Shown: positions 35,253-47,901 of the stretch, one piece after another | Layout: the number at the start of each line of letters is the position of its first letter | Position numbering within the stretch: position 1 is the stretch's first letter | Source: Yuukianura sp. NJ FZ-2021 | Lineage: Eukaryota | Assembly: GCA_046563655.1 (NCBI GenBank) | Contig: CM102286.1 | Span: 868,001 to 932,000 of the forward strand | Length of the DNA stretch: 64,000 nucleotides | Direction: 5' to 3' | Notes under the pieces: model-generated | What the model was told of the DNA's origin: nothing | The model's input: only the letters and a program-made list of their open reading frames with translations | Database searches by the model: none | Made by a program: the position numbers and the translations under genes

Positions 35253-38200
35253 GAAAAACTTTTTCAAAAAAGCGGATCCTGCATTATACAATTTATAGTC
35301 AACAAGAGAGACAAGACAGGAGGGCGGGCCCATTTAGGTAATACATACCAAATTAGACTTGTTTTTAGAAAGAAAAAAGTTGTTGGAATTTCACAGTTTA
35401 TCCGATTCTATCAAAATTTCTCTCAATTTTGAAAAGTCTGAGGAACGACTCCGTTTTATGTTGTTTTTGAACAATTTTTGCTAAAAATAGCTCTTTTTAT
35501 GTTGCTGTCCTTTTGGTATCTGAAAAAACTTATTTTTTACATGCAAAAATTGAAGGAGAACAGAAAAGTGAGGATTTTGTGCTTTTTGAATCTTTTGGCA
35601 TTTTGAAAAGTCTGCTCAACGTTAATTTTTTTCTTTTTGAGAGCTTATGTTAAGTGGTTTGGATTAATCATGAAGCCGAGGTTTTTTTTTGAAAGAGCTC
35701 AAGTGTGTAATTTAAGTATCGTTGAATTGTGTGGGCGGAAAATTACTCAATTTCAAAACATTTGAAACTGGGAGGATGAAGTTGCAACTCTCAAAAAATT
35801 TTTGGCAATAATATGCAGAGTCTGTACTACAGTGTTCTCATTTTTTAAATTTAAAAAACACCGCGCCCTCTCCTCTTTGAACTTACATTTTTGAACGTTG
35901 CTTTAAAACGGGAATGAGAACAACTGAAATTTATTGCAAAACGAAGTGGTGTTTAGTCTCTCAAAAAAATTTGGCTCCGTTTTCCTGTTTATCATTCCAA
36001 AAACTTCAAAATATCAAAATAGAAATTAAAAGCGGAATTGACAAATTTAGACCATAAATTTCAAAAATTTGCAACAATTTATCATTTTTTTGAATTCGTA
36101 CAAATTGCCAATAGTCGTAAATCAATTTCATATCCTGTATTTTCGAGGTTACACTTAAAAACTCAACTTTTTGGCTAACATTGAACTAAAAACATAACTT
36201 TTTGGTGAACATTACATTATGTAAGGTACACAATTTGTGTCTTTTGTATTCCACGTTACATGAAATTAGTGGTGAGCCTTGGGAAATGATGAGAGAGGTC
36301 AACAAATTGGGTTATGCTTTTGACAATGTTAGTGTATGTTTCTGTAATTTGTTACTTTTTGGGTTCCCGCGGGCATTTGTAATTCATAATTTTGAAATTT
36401 CCCGCTAAAGCTTCTCTCTTGCCTCGGAATAAGTAAGGACAGGTGGAAAATTATGAGTACTAGTAGTGTTATGTTTTTGTGGTTTGTAGTGTAGGTTGTT
36501 AGGCTATTCAAACAGGAGGAATAATCAGAACTTGTGGAATAATGCAACAGAGAGATAACATAAACTTTACCTTCACTATTACTGTTTCTTCTGCCCATTT
36601 TCAAAAAAAAAGACGATTGAATTAGAAAAAGGTGGTTTCCTCTGCTCCACCTTTGCACTAAAAACTACTACGGTCCGTGTAACATTCAAAATTTATTTTA
36701 TTGAAGGCCAGTTTTACAAATGTTTTAACCAAAATCTACACTGGCCTGCCCATTTTTCAAAAAAGTATCAGTTTTAGCGTGGAAAAGTCCACTTTTCAAA
36801 ATTTTGAACTTGGTATGGTCATTTTTGAGGTCAGCTACAATTGTTTTAAAAATCAATTCCTTGGATTGATTTTTTTTGAAATCAATGGAAAAAATTGACT
36901 TTTTAATTTGAAGTTCAATTAAATTGAATCCATTTGACTTTCAAATTTTGGTGTCTAAAGCAAATATCGGGAGTGTCTAATAATAGACATTTTTTCGGAC
37001 AAATGTAGAAATTGGCACTTTTTTCACATTTCAGTGACGCTCGAATTGAAGTGACGACAGGATCGAAATTTTGAAAATAAATGTCGAGTTCCATTTTTAG
37101 AAAAAAACGAAAAAATAGACAAGAATCAATAAGTTCAATTTCCGTTGATTTCACCAGGAAAAGTGAAACTTCAAATGCTTTTCCTCCTGCTGTGTAAAGC
37201 CCATTGAACAAGGGGCAATATAAAGTGGCGCCATTTTTTGAACTTTTTTTTTTGAAATGGAGGAGTATTTTTTTTCGAAAGTCTTTTGAGGTAAATTTGT
37301 GATTTTGAATTCCCGTGCGTTTCCCTTGTGCTCTGTTGGTGATGATTGAGAATGAATAAATGGCGGAATGATTTGACGTTTTCTTTCTTTCCCTTTCACT
37401 CTCCTCACTTTCACTTCCGCTTTTCTCCTGATTCCCCCCGATATTCCCAGTTTTTAGCTCCCTTTGAGACGCGGAAGACGTGCCTATGTTAGCAGATGAG
37501 CCAACATTCGACCCGCCTATTTTGAAACCGAAACGAATCTTCTTCTCCCGCGTCTTGATCTGTCCAAAGAGACTCAGATCAAAATTGGAGGGTATTAATA
37601 TTAAGGAGTTGTTCCCTACGTTAGGCTAGGCGGTTAGGTTAGTCTGCAATGGTTAGGTTAGTGGAATTGCCCTTGTGGGGAAACTAACTGTGGAGAGACA
37701 TAATAAGGCGGGAATCGGAACATGATGATGATGATAGCAGGAGAAAGCAGACTTTCACTTTTGTAGCCTCAGGCAAAAGGAAAAAGCGGCAGAAAGTTCT
37801 TTTCCTTTTCCGTAAATCCACGACTTTTCTATTTTTGCACGAATTGAGCAAAATTTTGAAAGGCTACTGCGATTTTTTGCAAAAAAAAAATCAATTTTTC
37901 TGGGTTTTTGTCCTTTCATTTTCTACTTTTTTAAATAGTGGGAGTGTTTTGTTATGGTTTTTTGGGCTTGTTTGTTTTGGCGTTTTTTTTCTCTCTCTCT
38001 TTTGAAACGTTAAGATTAGGTTAAGTAAGAGTTTGTTTTTGAAAGTTTTTTTGCGAGTTAAACTGAAAATGTAGGTTATTATTCTTTGAACTGCTGACAA
38101 GTTGAGTGATTGTTTAGCTCACACCCACGCACACTTTAGAAAATATTCTGGAAATGTAAACTTTATGTAACTACGGTGGAGGAAGTATGCACTTAGCAAG

Positions 38201-40038
38201 TTAATTGTTGGCTTAAATTAAAATTTAATAGACGAAAATAATATGGTGTGAAGCAGGTAATTTTATTTTGGAACATGAAAATTTTATTCTATTAAAATTT
38301 AACAAATAATTGTTGCGTTGAGTGGACATCACAACTAATTCTTTTTTAAATTAGCGGTTCTGAGTTTTTTTTATTGCTTTGAATTAGAAAGAAGTAAAAG
38401 CGGATTTTGTTTAGGAAATTGTTGATTTGAGTTGAAAATTTTTTGACATTCGTCGTAAATTTGAATTTGATTCGAAGTTGGCGGGCTAAAATTTGACAGG
38501 GGTGATGGGTAATTAGGGGCTTCCTGAAAACTGTCAGGAAGAACCCAGACGAACTTAATTACCAACTACACGCATTTAAACTCCAATTTTCTCCTAAATT
38601 ACTACATTTTGAAAATCTAGGCGGCAACATTCAAAATTTCATCAAAATTTTAGTTCAGGAGCAACAAACTCACGAGTTTCAGTGAAAGTAGTCTGCGTGT
38701 AGCAAAATGGAAAGTGATATGATTTCGGCGTGTCAAAGTGCTTTTCGTGTTTGGCGTATTTTGGAGGACTTAAGGCCTCTGGGCTGCTCCGTCTGTCAGA
38801 TTTCTTGTACAAATAAGTTGGAAAGGGAGCCCTTAAGGGTCCCTATTATATTTTATATATTTTATTTTATGTTTTTCAATGCATGGAGGCAAGGTTGTTC
38901 GTAATGGGGGTAATTGAAGGTCGAGGGTTTAGCCCATTTCTTGTTCCTGCTCAAACCCCTTGTACTTTGGAGCTAATTCACGATCATTTTGAATCCTACT
39001 GAATTTCCCTCCAAATTTCAAAATTATACTCTATGTAATATACGCACTTTTCGAAATTCTTAACTCAAGTTATCTTTGTGTGGATTTTGACTTTTGAATC
39101 AATATTTGAACATGGAATATTCCAGTGAAACCTTGCTTTTGTCCAGAAAAGTGGAGGAATTGGATGGTTTTAGGTGGGAGGGAAACTTCAAATTCAGGTA
39201 TTTACCACAAACCTGTTTTCTAGCAGTGGAAAAACCTGAAATCGTCATAAGACTTTGACTTTTGTGTTTCTTGAAGCTATGACTTTTAGGTGAAGGTTTT
39301 ATCATAGGGAAGGAAAATTGCAGAGAAGCTGCCTTGCACGCAATGAACTGGAAATCTAATTCTTAGGTGCATCACTAAAAGAGAGGAAAAAGAAAAGTAA
39401 TTAGTCCAAATTGGAAATTTTTGGGACATGGTAGGAAAATCCCGAAATTCCAAGAAATTTAGTCAAAGTCAAGTGAATCACTAAAATTCGAATTCGAAAT
39501 TCAGAACGTCGATTCGCCTTTTCCACATTGGCTAATAAATTCCAAAGTTTTTGTTTAGGCTGAATATTTTTTCTTTGGAGTGAAGGAGAAAGCAATAAAG
39601 GCGGAAGAAGAGAAAGTTTTGGCAGCAGGAGATGGGAGATATGAACTGTTATTGATTTTGAATGATGCAAATTTGCACATAAGTTTTCCCCTGATTCCCC
39701 TCCATCTCCACCAGATCTCTTGGCTAAAAGAAAGTTCAAGACGCTGCATGGAGAAAGTTCTCCAAATCCCAAGTTGGCACGAGGCCATCTTAGGCGATAA
39801 CAAAAGTCAATGCCAACAGCTCTAAAAAGGGCGCCAAATTGAATTAAACTTGAATTCTCAAAAGTGATAGTCAAAGTCGTTCCTCAATTTTTGTTTTCCA
39901 AATTACCAAACTTTTGTCAAAATTTATTGTCACTGAAAACAAAAGGAAATTCCAATTTCCTAAAACGGCCTTAGCATTTTCGTAAGATTAATTTTCCGAT
40001 CTGAGTTTCGACTTTGGCGCGAGTTTTCAAATTGGCAG

Positions 40039-40051
40039 AGGTCAAAGGTCA
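40039..40051 (+). promoter_or_regulatory. Perfect DR1 (AGGTCAAAGGTCA)
   Basis: Exact motif. Confidence 0.4.
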
Positions 40052-43000
40052 CGAAGTTGCATAAATTGAAACAGGAATTGGTGTTTTGGCCAATGTCAGA
40101 AGTGGAATTGCGAATTGTGTAACAGTCAATCAATCATTGCTCGTTGAGTTAACAATTGTTTGTCAGTTGAAAACGAGTTTTGTGTCAATCCAACCATAAC
40201 CAGAGATGGGCGAATCAAAATCTTGAATGTTAAGCCATATATGGGCAAACAATGTTTTCTCTATTTTCGTAAGTGTATCGACTCTGACTAACCTTTTTCG
40301 TGTGGATCACTTGTCAATGTCAGAAATTTGAGATGAAGGAAAAGCTTCAGGATCTGCCCAACTCTGAATCACTTCCGACCTCTTAATTGCAAAAATGCGT
40401 TCTTTGTTCCTTGTTATACTCTGATTTTTCCTAAAAAAGTATTTTTTTTTGTTTAGTTGAGGATTGGATATCCGTTTGCTCATGCAAGCATTTTTTTTGG
40501 GTGTTTTTCTCAAGTTTCCTTTGCGTGATTATAAAAATCAAAACCAAAATTGTGGCAAGAAAAAGAATTTTCTAGGTGAATTCTAGTTTTTCTTAGAAAA
40601 ACAAAAGTCGTAACGTTTTGTGTCCTCGAGTTTGAGTTTTGCGAAAAAAAAATTATGTGATATAGTGCAGAATTTTTTTTCATGCTGTGACCTTTTCATT
40701 TTTAGTGTGATTGAAAACACCAATTTTTTAGCCATGATTGCAATAAAGTGACACTTTTGTCTACCCAACTTTGGCTTCAGTTTTGAAAATTTTGGTTATG
40801 CAACTAACTAAGTTTTCGTTTTTGAAATTTTTGATCCATTTTTGTTAAGTAAATTAAAGTTTAGGAAAGTTAGTACTAATCAGATTACAGTTTGTAAGAG
40901 ATTACTGCTGTTTTTGTTTCGGGTGTTGCGGGAAGTAACTATTTTGTACTTTCCCACCATTATGAGAGTCCCTAGGAGACTTTTAGATTGTGTTTTTGGA
41001 TCAAAATGGAACGTGGTAGGAACTTAGAAGCTAATGGGAAAGTTAGTGTCAAAGCCTCCCTTTTTTGTGACATTTTAGAAAAAGTTGGAGCGGAGCACAA
41101 CTCTAAGCACAGCAGTGGTTAGACTTGTGCGCTCCTCATTGGTATGGAAGAGGCAGAGTGGCTCAGGGAACGTTTGAAATTAATCGCTGTGCTACCTTCC
41201 TTCGTGTTTTTTGAAGAAGAGAATGGGAGAAAAATTAATTGAAAAATTGGATATCCAAGGCAACATTTCCGTGTGTAAGTTGATGTGGATGTCTTGATTT
41301 GTAACTCTCACTTTCTTGTTTCCTTGGATTCGGATTAAGGAAAGGAGTGAGACTGGAGCGTGGAGGGAATGCAAGGTGCTTAATGAGAACCAGCAACCAA
41401 AAACCTTCCATTTTCTGCAGGGAGTAACTAACAACTGAAAAAGAAGAGAAAAAAAAAGAGAGTTGCACAGAGAAAGTTGGAGTTTGAGAAAATAATTTCT
41501 GAGAGAAAAAAAAAACAGACTTTTTCTCAAACTTTTTTTTTCTACGACTAAAATTCCAATTCGAACTTTTGCTTTTCTGTGAAGCAAAAGCTATGATGGG
41601 TGGTGCGTCTCTTACGCACAAATCGATTCCCAAAATGTGAAGTTTTTAGCCAACAAAAAGTAAAAGTCAAAGTTAAAACGAAATTCTGCTGTACACTATG
41701 TTTAAAGCCAAAAAGGGAAATTATACCACAAGAAAACTGTGACTTTTTTTTTCAATGACTTGAACGATTTGGAAATTTTTTGAACAGGTCTCAATTTTGA
41801 CAAAAAGGTAACATTTGAGAGCTAAAAGTCATGTTTTGTGGGATTTCCTTTTTCGAAATTGTTTAATTACTAGTTTGCTGTAATTTGCACTAAACGGTTA
41901 GAGTTTTGCGTTTTTTTTCTTGGAGTATAGTTTTATAACGAAGAAATTTTCTTGGAAGCAGATGGTGGTGCAGAGGTCTAATTTTTTTTTGCAATTTCAG
42001 AGCAGTATACTCAGAGATTAAAAATTTGTAAAAATATTTTTTTGTGATATGAAGTGAAGTTTTGTATCGAAATTTGTTATGTTTTGGCCTTGTTTCGTTC
42101 ATTCTTATACTAAAGCAGGGAGCCATTGTTACAGAACACACATTCCAAGAGGTCAAGTGAAGTTTTTATTCCACACAAAGGTTGTTGCCTCTGTTCATTT
42201 TTTTGGAAAGAAGAAAAGATGAAGATGAAAAAGAGGTTTTGATCTGTTCGACGTTCCTACTTTTTTTTCTACTGCAATTGCATGTTTCACCTGTCTTGGA
42301 CAAACGAAGGTGAAGCCAAGAGGTTGCTTAGGAACAACCATTTTGAAGCAGTACAAACAAGGAGGGAATTTTTGAATTTTGCATTTGGAAAATGGCTGGA
42401 GGAAATGGATGATGATGCTGTGAACTTGGAGGAATCTGTGCATTTGGATTGTAGAAGATGAAACTTTTTTGTGTTTGGCTCCAAAGATCCTTGCTCATCA
42501 GCAGATCAAAAAGACAGGTTGAACCTGTTTGGTAGGAAACCTGGGAAAGACTCATTTCAAATCCAAAGGGACAGACGTGCACGGTCAGGTTCAAAAATTT
42601 AACACACAAAAACTAGTTTTGTCGGTTCTGGAAGGCTCCTCTGTCAATTTTTAACTACGGTTTGTGCAGTTCCATCCTTCTTAAAAACTGTTCGTAGGTA
42701 GCTTTTTAACATTAAACTTATGGCGAAAATTTAAAAACTTTTGTTACGCAGGAGATTAGTTAGGTAGCTTTTGTAATCCGAAGTTTTACAAAATGCAAAA
42801 CTTTTTTCTTCTTTTTACAATTTATGATTGTCGTTTTTTGGAAAAAAATAATTAAAGTTTCCAGGAAATCAATCTTGAGATGAAAGGTTCTCAAAATTTT
42901 CATTTTTTTTAAGTTTTTGAAAAAAAAATTTCCATACTGACACTGGAGAGAAGATGCACCCTGCATACAAAGTTGACTTTTAGTTGATGTAGTGAGATTT

Positions 43001-46000
43001 AATTGAGGCGTACATTTACCTAACCTCTGTCAGAACAAGTGGAAAATATTGAACATTCGGCGGCATTTTTTCATTTTTTGAAAAAAAAATTTTTTTTTTG
43101 AAAAAGCCTTTTGAAGAAGGTACATTAAGGTCTGAGATTGGCCAATAAATAATTGTTTAGAAGGAAATTTTGAGAAAAGAAAAGTAATTAAACAAAAGTG
43201 TCTGTTTTTTTCTGAAGTGCGGGAAGTTAATTTAAACCGGTTTGAAGAATTTTCTTAGCTTTTGGATGCGTTAATGACCTGAATTTTTTGAAAGATTTTG
43301 TTTTTGAGTTTAAAAGTGGAGCTACAGCATAATCGATGAGTCGTGCTGGCAGTAAGAAGCTGATTTTGAGGAGGTTAATGGGGATGAGCGGGAGATTATA
43401 AGTTTGGAGGTGATTATTAAGGAGTTTATTTCATTTTTTTAAATTTTGGTGCAGTTTAAGTGTTGTAATGAAGTGGTAGATGAAACATGATTTGAAATTT
43501 TGGTCAGCCCTCCACTCTAGGCCACTTGATTAGGGAAATGGTCTGCAGCAGAGATGAGCTAATCTTCGTTTGTTTCCACTTTCGTTAAATATGGGCCGCT
43601 TTTTACATCAAAATGATCATCTAATTACAACTTACTTCGATTTCTCACAAATTTCTACTCAAAATGATTAGAATTTTAATTTTTATGTCACAGTTTTCAA
43701 AATCTACAAAGCTTTCTCTTCAATTTTCAAAACCCAAAACGTTTGTTTTTGTAATGGGAAAATTCCAACTTGGTGAAAAAGTTTACACGGATTTAAAAAA
43801 AAATTTTTTTTTGACATTTTTTTTGTTTTTGTGGCCTCCCCAAACACAATGGATGCTCTGGCTAAATGTCAACAAATTCTATTTGTTGTGGTGGGTTGAA
43901 ATTTTGAAAATGTCAGGAATCTCGGGATTTGGCGGGTCTTTTGTCTCGCTAAAAGTTTTAGAATAGTAAAATCTTGCAACTAAAATTTTCTCTGGTAGAA
44001 CCTTAATGGAAAACTTATTTGGCGGGTCACTTTTAGCGTTTTCTCTTTTTCAAAAAAAATTGAGGCTTCTCGTTAGGTTTTTCTGGTGTTGATGAATCTC
44101 TTGTTGGACCTCTGGATCGACTCAAGTTGTGCTCATTCTGTTGCGTCCCGCGGGAATTTTAGAAGCAAAGGCTTGATTAAGGAGACTTTCAAACTTTGGC
44201 GCTCTTTTCTGTCGTTGCTCTTGTTAGGAGAAAGTAAGAGAGAAAGTGTTGAGGACTGATGAATACGTTTCTGTCTCGAGAGGCACCGAGTTGGCAATTT
44301 GGACGGAAAAACCAAAAATTCTAAAGTTTTCGTTTCCCATTGATTTCGAAAGTCCCCCATCAGGGGTACTCAAGGCCCCGGTCCCTTAAGGGGTAGTGAA
44401 GGGTTTGAGTAGTTCCCTTCGGAACGGAAAAGATCTCTAAAGATTTTGAGTGTGAGAGTCGTTAATCTTAATTACGAAGAAGAAAAGTCTCTCTTTTTGG
44501 AGGGAAAAGATGAAAGGAAATCAAGAAAAAGTTTGGAAGCAGGAAGAAATAGGAAGTTTTTGAGCACACTTCAACTTTTAAGTTCAAAAGTGGAACATTT
44601 TCAAACTCATAATTTCCACTAACTAAAAAGTTTGAATGCAATTTTTTGACTTTTTCTGTCCCTTAACTTTGAACAGTTTCACTCTTTTGAAGAAATTTTA
44701 GACAGCTTGGTTTTAATTTTTCAAAAACTGGTTTTGAGTTATTTTGAAGTGAAAATGAGGAAGAAAATGTTTTAAATTTTTTGTGCGAAAGTTTTTGTGG
44801 AAATGCTAATTTTTGGCGAAGAAGAATTAATTGTGACAGTTTTGTGAAAAAGTGCCAGTGACCTTTTGCAACTTTTTTTCTTTTTGCACTTGATCGACTT
44901 TGAAACTACATCCTGTCAGTTTTTTTGTGAGACCACAAATTAAACTCAAATCCCAATTCGTAATTGTACTTTTGCGAACAAATTTTAGTGTCATCCGTTA
45001 AAACAAGTTCAAAACATGTTCAAAGTGCAAAGTGAGAAGAACATACTTTTTAGTTTTTTGAAATCAAGACAAACTGGATTTTTTGGTCAACCTTTTGGGT
45101 GGGAGGATATTAAAATTTGCAAAAGAAAATCAGGCGATGATCCGTTACATTTCAGAGATAATTTTTTTATAGCGTGGTTTTTGAAAGTTGAGAACAGAGA
45201 ACAATGTGTCATCCATCAAAGTCAATATGTTGGGCACTTAATGAAAAAACAACTTTTGGAACGCGTGTGGAAGTGTTTTTGTGGATCAAACTGAATTTGA
45301 TCCTTCATCATTTAAACTTGAATCATAAACCAAGTCAATCAAAATCTCAAATTATTTTCAAATTGCAAAAATCAGAGATTTGCTCATTTTTTGCAAATTC
45401 GGGTTTTGCCTAAACCTGAATTTTCCCTTTGGCGTGTTTTATTGCTCTCAAATCAAGTTGAGCATAGTTTTTTTTTTAAATTTTTGTAGCCAATGCGCTT
45501 TTGAAATCAAAATTGAAGGTTTTATGTTCACAAAAATGTTACAAAATTACAAATTTCAATTCGTACAAAGTTCTGCCGAATTGAGGGAGGGAAGTTTGAT
45601 TTTTTTTTAAAAAGAAAGCTCAACTTTCAAGGTTTGTGTTGCAGAGAAAGCATCTTCAACGCATCATCTTTTCCTTCCGACTTTCTTAATGGTCCATAAA
45701 TCGCTTTTTTTTTAAAAAGTGCGGGAAAATGAAAAACGAGGGCGGAGATTTCTTGAGACGCAGGAAAACTGTTTATTTCCAGTCATGTTTTGGACCGATT
45801 TCAAAAATTGTACAGAGAAAGTTTTCGTGTGGACAAAAGACCTTTGACAACAAACGAAATCAGTTAAGGGGGCTTTCTTCCCCCCTTCTCCTTCCACCAA
45901 TTTTCAGAAAAATGAAAGTCAAATGAAGAAAATTTTGAAAAGAAAGTGATTTTCTTTTGAATCAGAAAATCAAAATGGCATCAGTTGAATCAAAAACTCA

Positions 46001-46131
46001 TTGAATCAAATCAACAAGAAAACTCAAACACTTTCTCCAAATCATCTCCCTTTTTGTTTGGATTTTCTAACATGAAAAATTTCCTAGAAGCAAACAAAAA
46101 TTATTGATTTTTTTTCTCTTTTGAATTTCAG

Positions 46132-46194
46132 ATTTGTCAAAACACTTTTTTCGCCAACAAGCTGCTTTTGAGAAACTGGATTTCTCCTGAAAAT
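46132..46194 (+). other. Candidate 63-nt micro-exon
   Basis: Long polypyrimidine tract plus tttcag| acceptor; AAT|gtaagc donor; phase-0 frame open (ICQNTFFANKLLLRNWISPEN). Confidence 0.35.
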
Positions 46195-47224
46195 GTAAGC
46201 CAAAAATTTATTTTCTGACATCGCGATTTATAATGTTTGAGTAATTTCGAAATTCGACAAAAAAAATTGTTTCTCATTTTAATTTTTTGAAAACTATTCA
46301 TGTTTTATTTGTGAAAGGACAAAATACTTTTTTATGCAACTTTTTCTTTGTTAGTATGGAAAGCTCTTGAGTTGAAAAGAAGATTTTGGTTTCACAAATT
46401 TTATTTTTGTGGTTTAAATTTAAAAAAAGAAGCTTTTTTTTGCTCATGCATCCTTCTATCCATTTTGAAAACCACTTCAATTCACCCGCCACTACCAAGC
46501 CCACCACAGTTCCACCAAGTTGAAGAGCCACTCCATTTTTTCTACTCTATTTCACCACAACCACTTTCTGCTCCACCAACAAAATCGCCCCACCAACTGC
46601 CGCCCCACCAAAAAGTTACAATAGACTTCAACTTAATTTTTAGAGAAAGCAAAAGTGGATCCGAATTTGTCAGCAGTTGGAGAGATGCGACTCTCCGATT
46701 TTTTATTTTTCGGAGAAAGATAGAAAGAAAGTGCTTCACTTTTTGACATTTTGTAAAAAAAATGGAACTTTTTTCTCTTTTTGCAAAAAAATGTTTTATG
46801 TGTTGCTGACTGGGTTAGGAAGCTTTCTCGGTGGAACTGGAACAACCAATTAGTTTTGGTGCTCAATTTCAAACTCCCTTCGTGTCTCACTGTCACAGTT
46901 GTTGGCTTTCTTGCCAAAGAAAAAGTTTTAGTTTTTTGTAGTGACAGAAAATAAGTTTGTTGTGGTGGTGGGTTTGGTGGAGTGAAAACAAAAAGTGCGG
47001 GGAGGTTTGAAAATAATAATGATGATGGATGGGAGATGATCCTTGGGAGTCAGTTCTGCGTCTTCTGCGTTGACATTTTATTTGTCAAAGTGAAAGAGGC
47101 TCACGAGAGGCTCCTTTACTAATAAAAACGTGAACAACAATTACGCAACTGCTAAAAAAAATGAAAGTGACGGAGGACCCTGTCACTTTCTTGACGCTGC
47201 AAAAGTGATCATTTTTGACGTGCG

Positions 47225-47513
47225 CGGAGAACTGTCCGTGGAGGAATTCTGCACGGTAAAACCAGTTCCAGGCCTATATGTTCTTCCGCTGGCCGTAATA
47301 TTTTTTTTTTGCTAAAATTTTGCCTAGGAGAACGTTTGAAAGTTGAAATTACCAAGATAATAATATTGTTGTCTCGGAGAGTTGTCCGCGGAGGAATTCT
47401 GCGTGGTAAAACCAGTTCCGTACTTATTTTATGCAACTTTTGCACCACGCAACAAAGTTGCACAAAATAATTTTGGTAATATTTTGGCTGGAAATACGTT
47501 TAAAAGTTGAAAA
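47225..47513. repeat. Diverged tandem duplication, period about 150-165 bp
   Basis: cggaga(ac/gt)tgtccg(t/c)ggaggaattctgc..ggtaaaaccagttcc at 47225 and 47375; gttt(g/a)aaagttgaaa at 47334 and 47499. Confidence 0.75.
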
Positions 47514-47833
47514 GTACTTTAAAAATTTGTTTGTGATTTTGTTTGTACTTATTTTTGGTCCAACTTTTAGTACATGACAGAAGTTTTTTGAAGTGTGAAG
47601 GCGGGAAAAAGTGGAAATTTTGAAAGTTGATTGGTAAAGTGGTGCGTTAGGAAAGTGGATGAAGATGGAAAGCGTTTGCTGTCGTTTCCGTTTTCTCCTT
47701 GGTTTCCTTTGATGTTAAAAAAGAAAAAAAATCAATGAGGAAGAGTATATTTTATTTCCCTGGAGATGAGGCGTGAAGGATTCGGTTGTGGCTGGTGTGT
47801 GCTCCCCAACATATCAAAATATGGTTCACTCTC

Positions 47834-47901
47834 AACATATATAAAAACCTAACATATAAAAGGTCTTAACATATAAAAACCTAAGTTCTAACATATAAAA
47901 A
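47834..47901. repeat. Short tandem repeat of aacatataaaa(acct)
   Basis: Four spaced copies. Confidence 0.7.

Noticed and set aside
40201..40218. hAT-like terminus CAGAGATGGGC
   Set aside because: No matching inverted end found.
42268..42462. Protein-looking plus-strand frame (MFHLSWTNEGEAKRLLRNNHFEAVQTRREFLNFAFGKWLEEMDDDAV...)
   Set aside because: Under 60 aa from Met, no recognisable domain and no clear splice sites.
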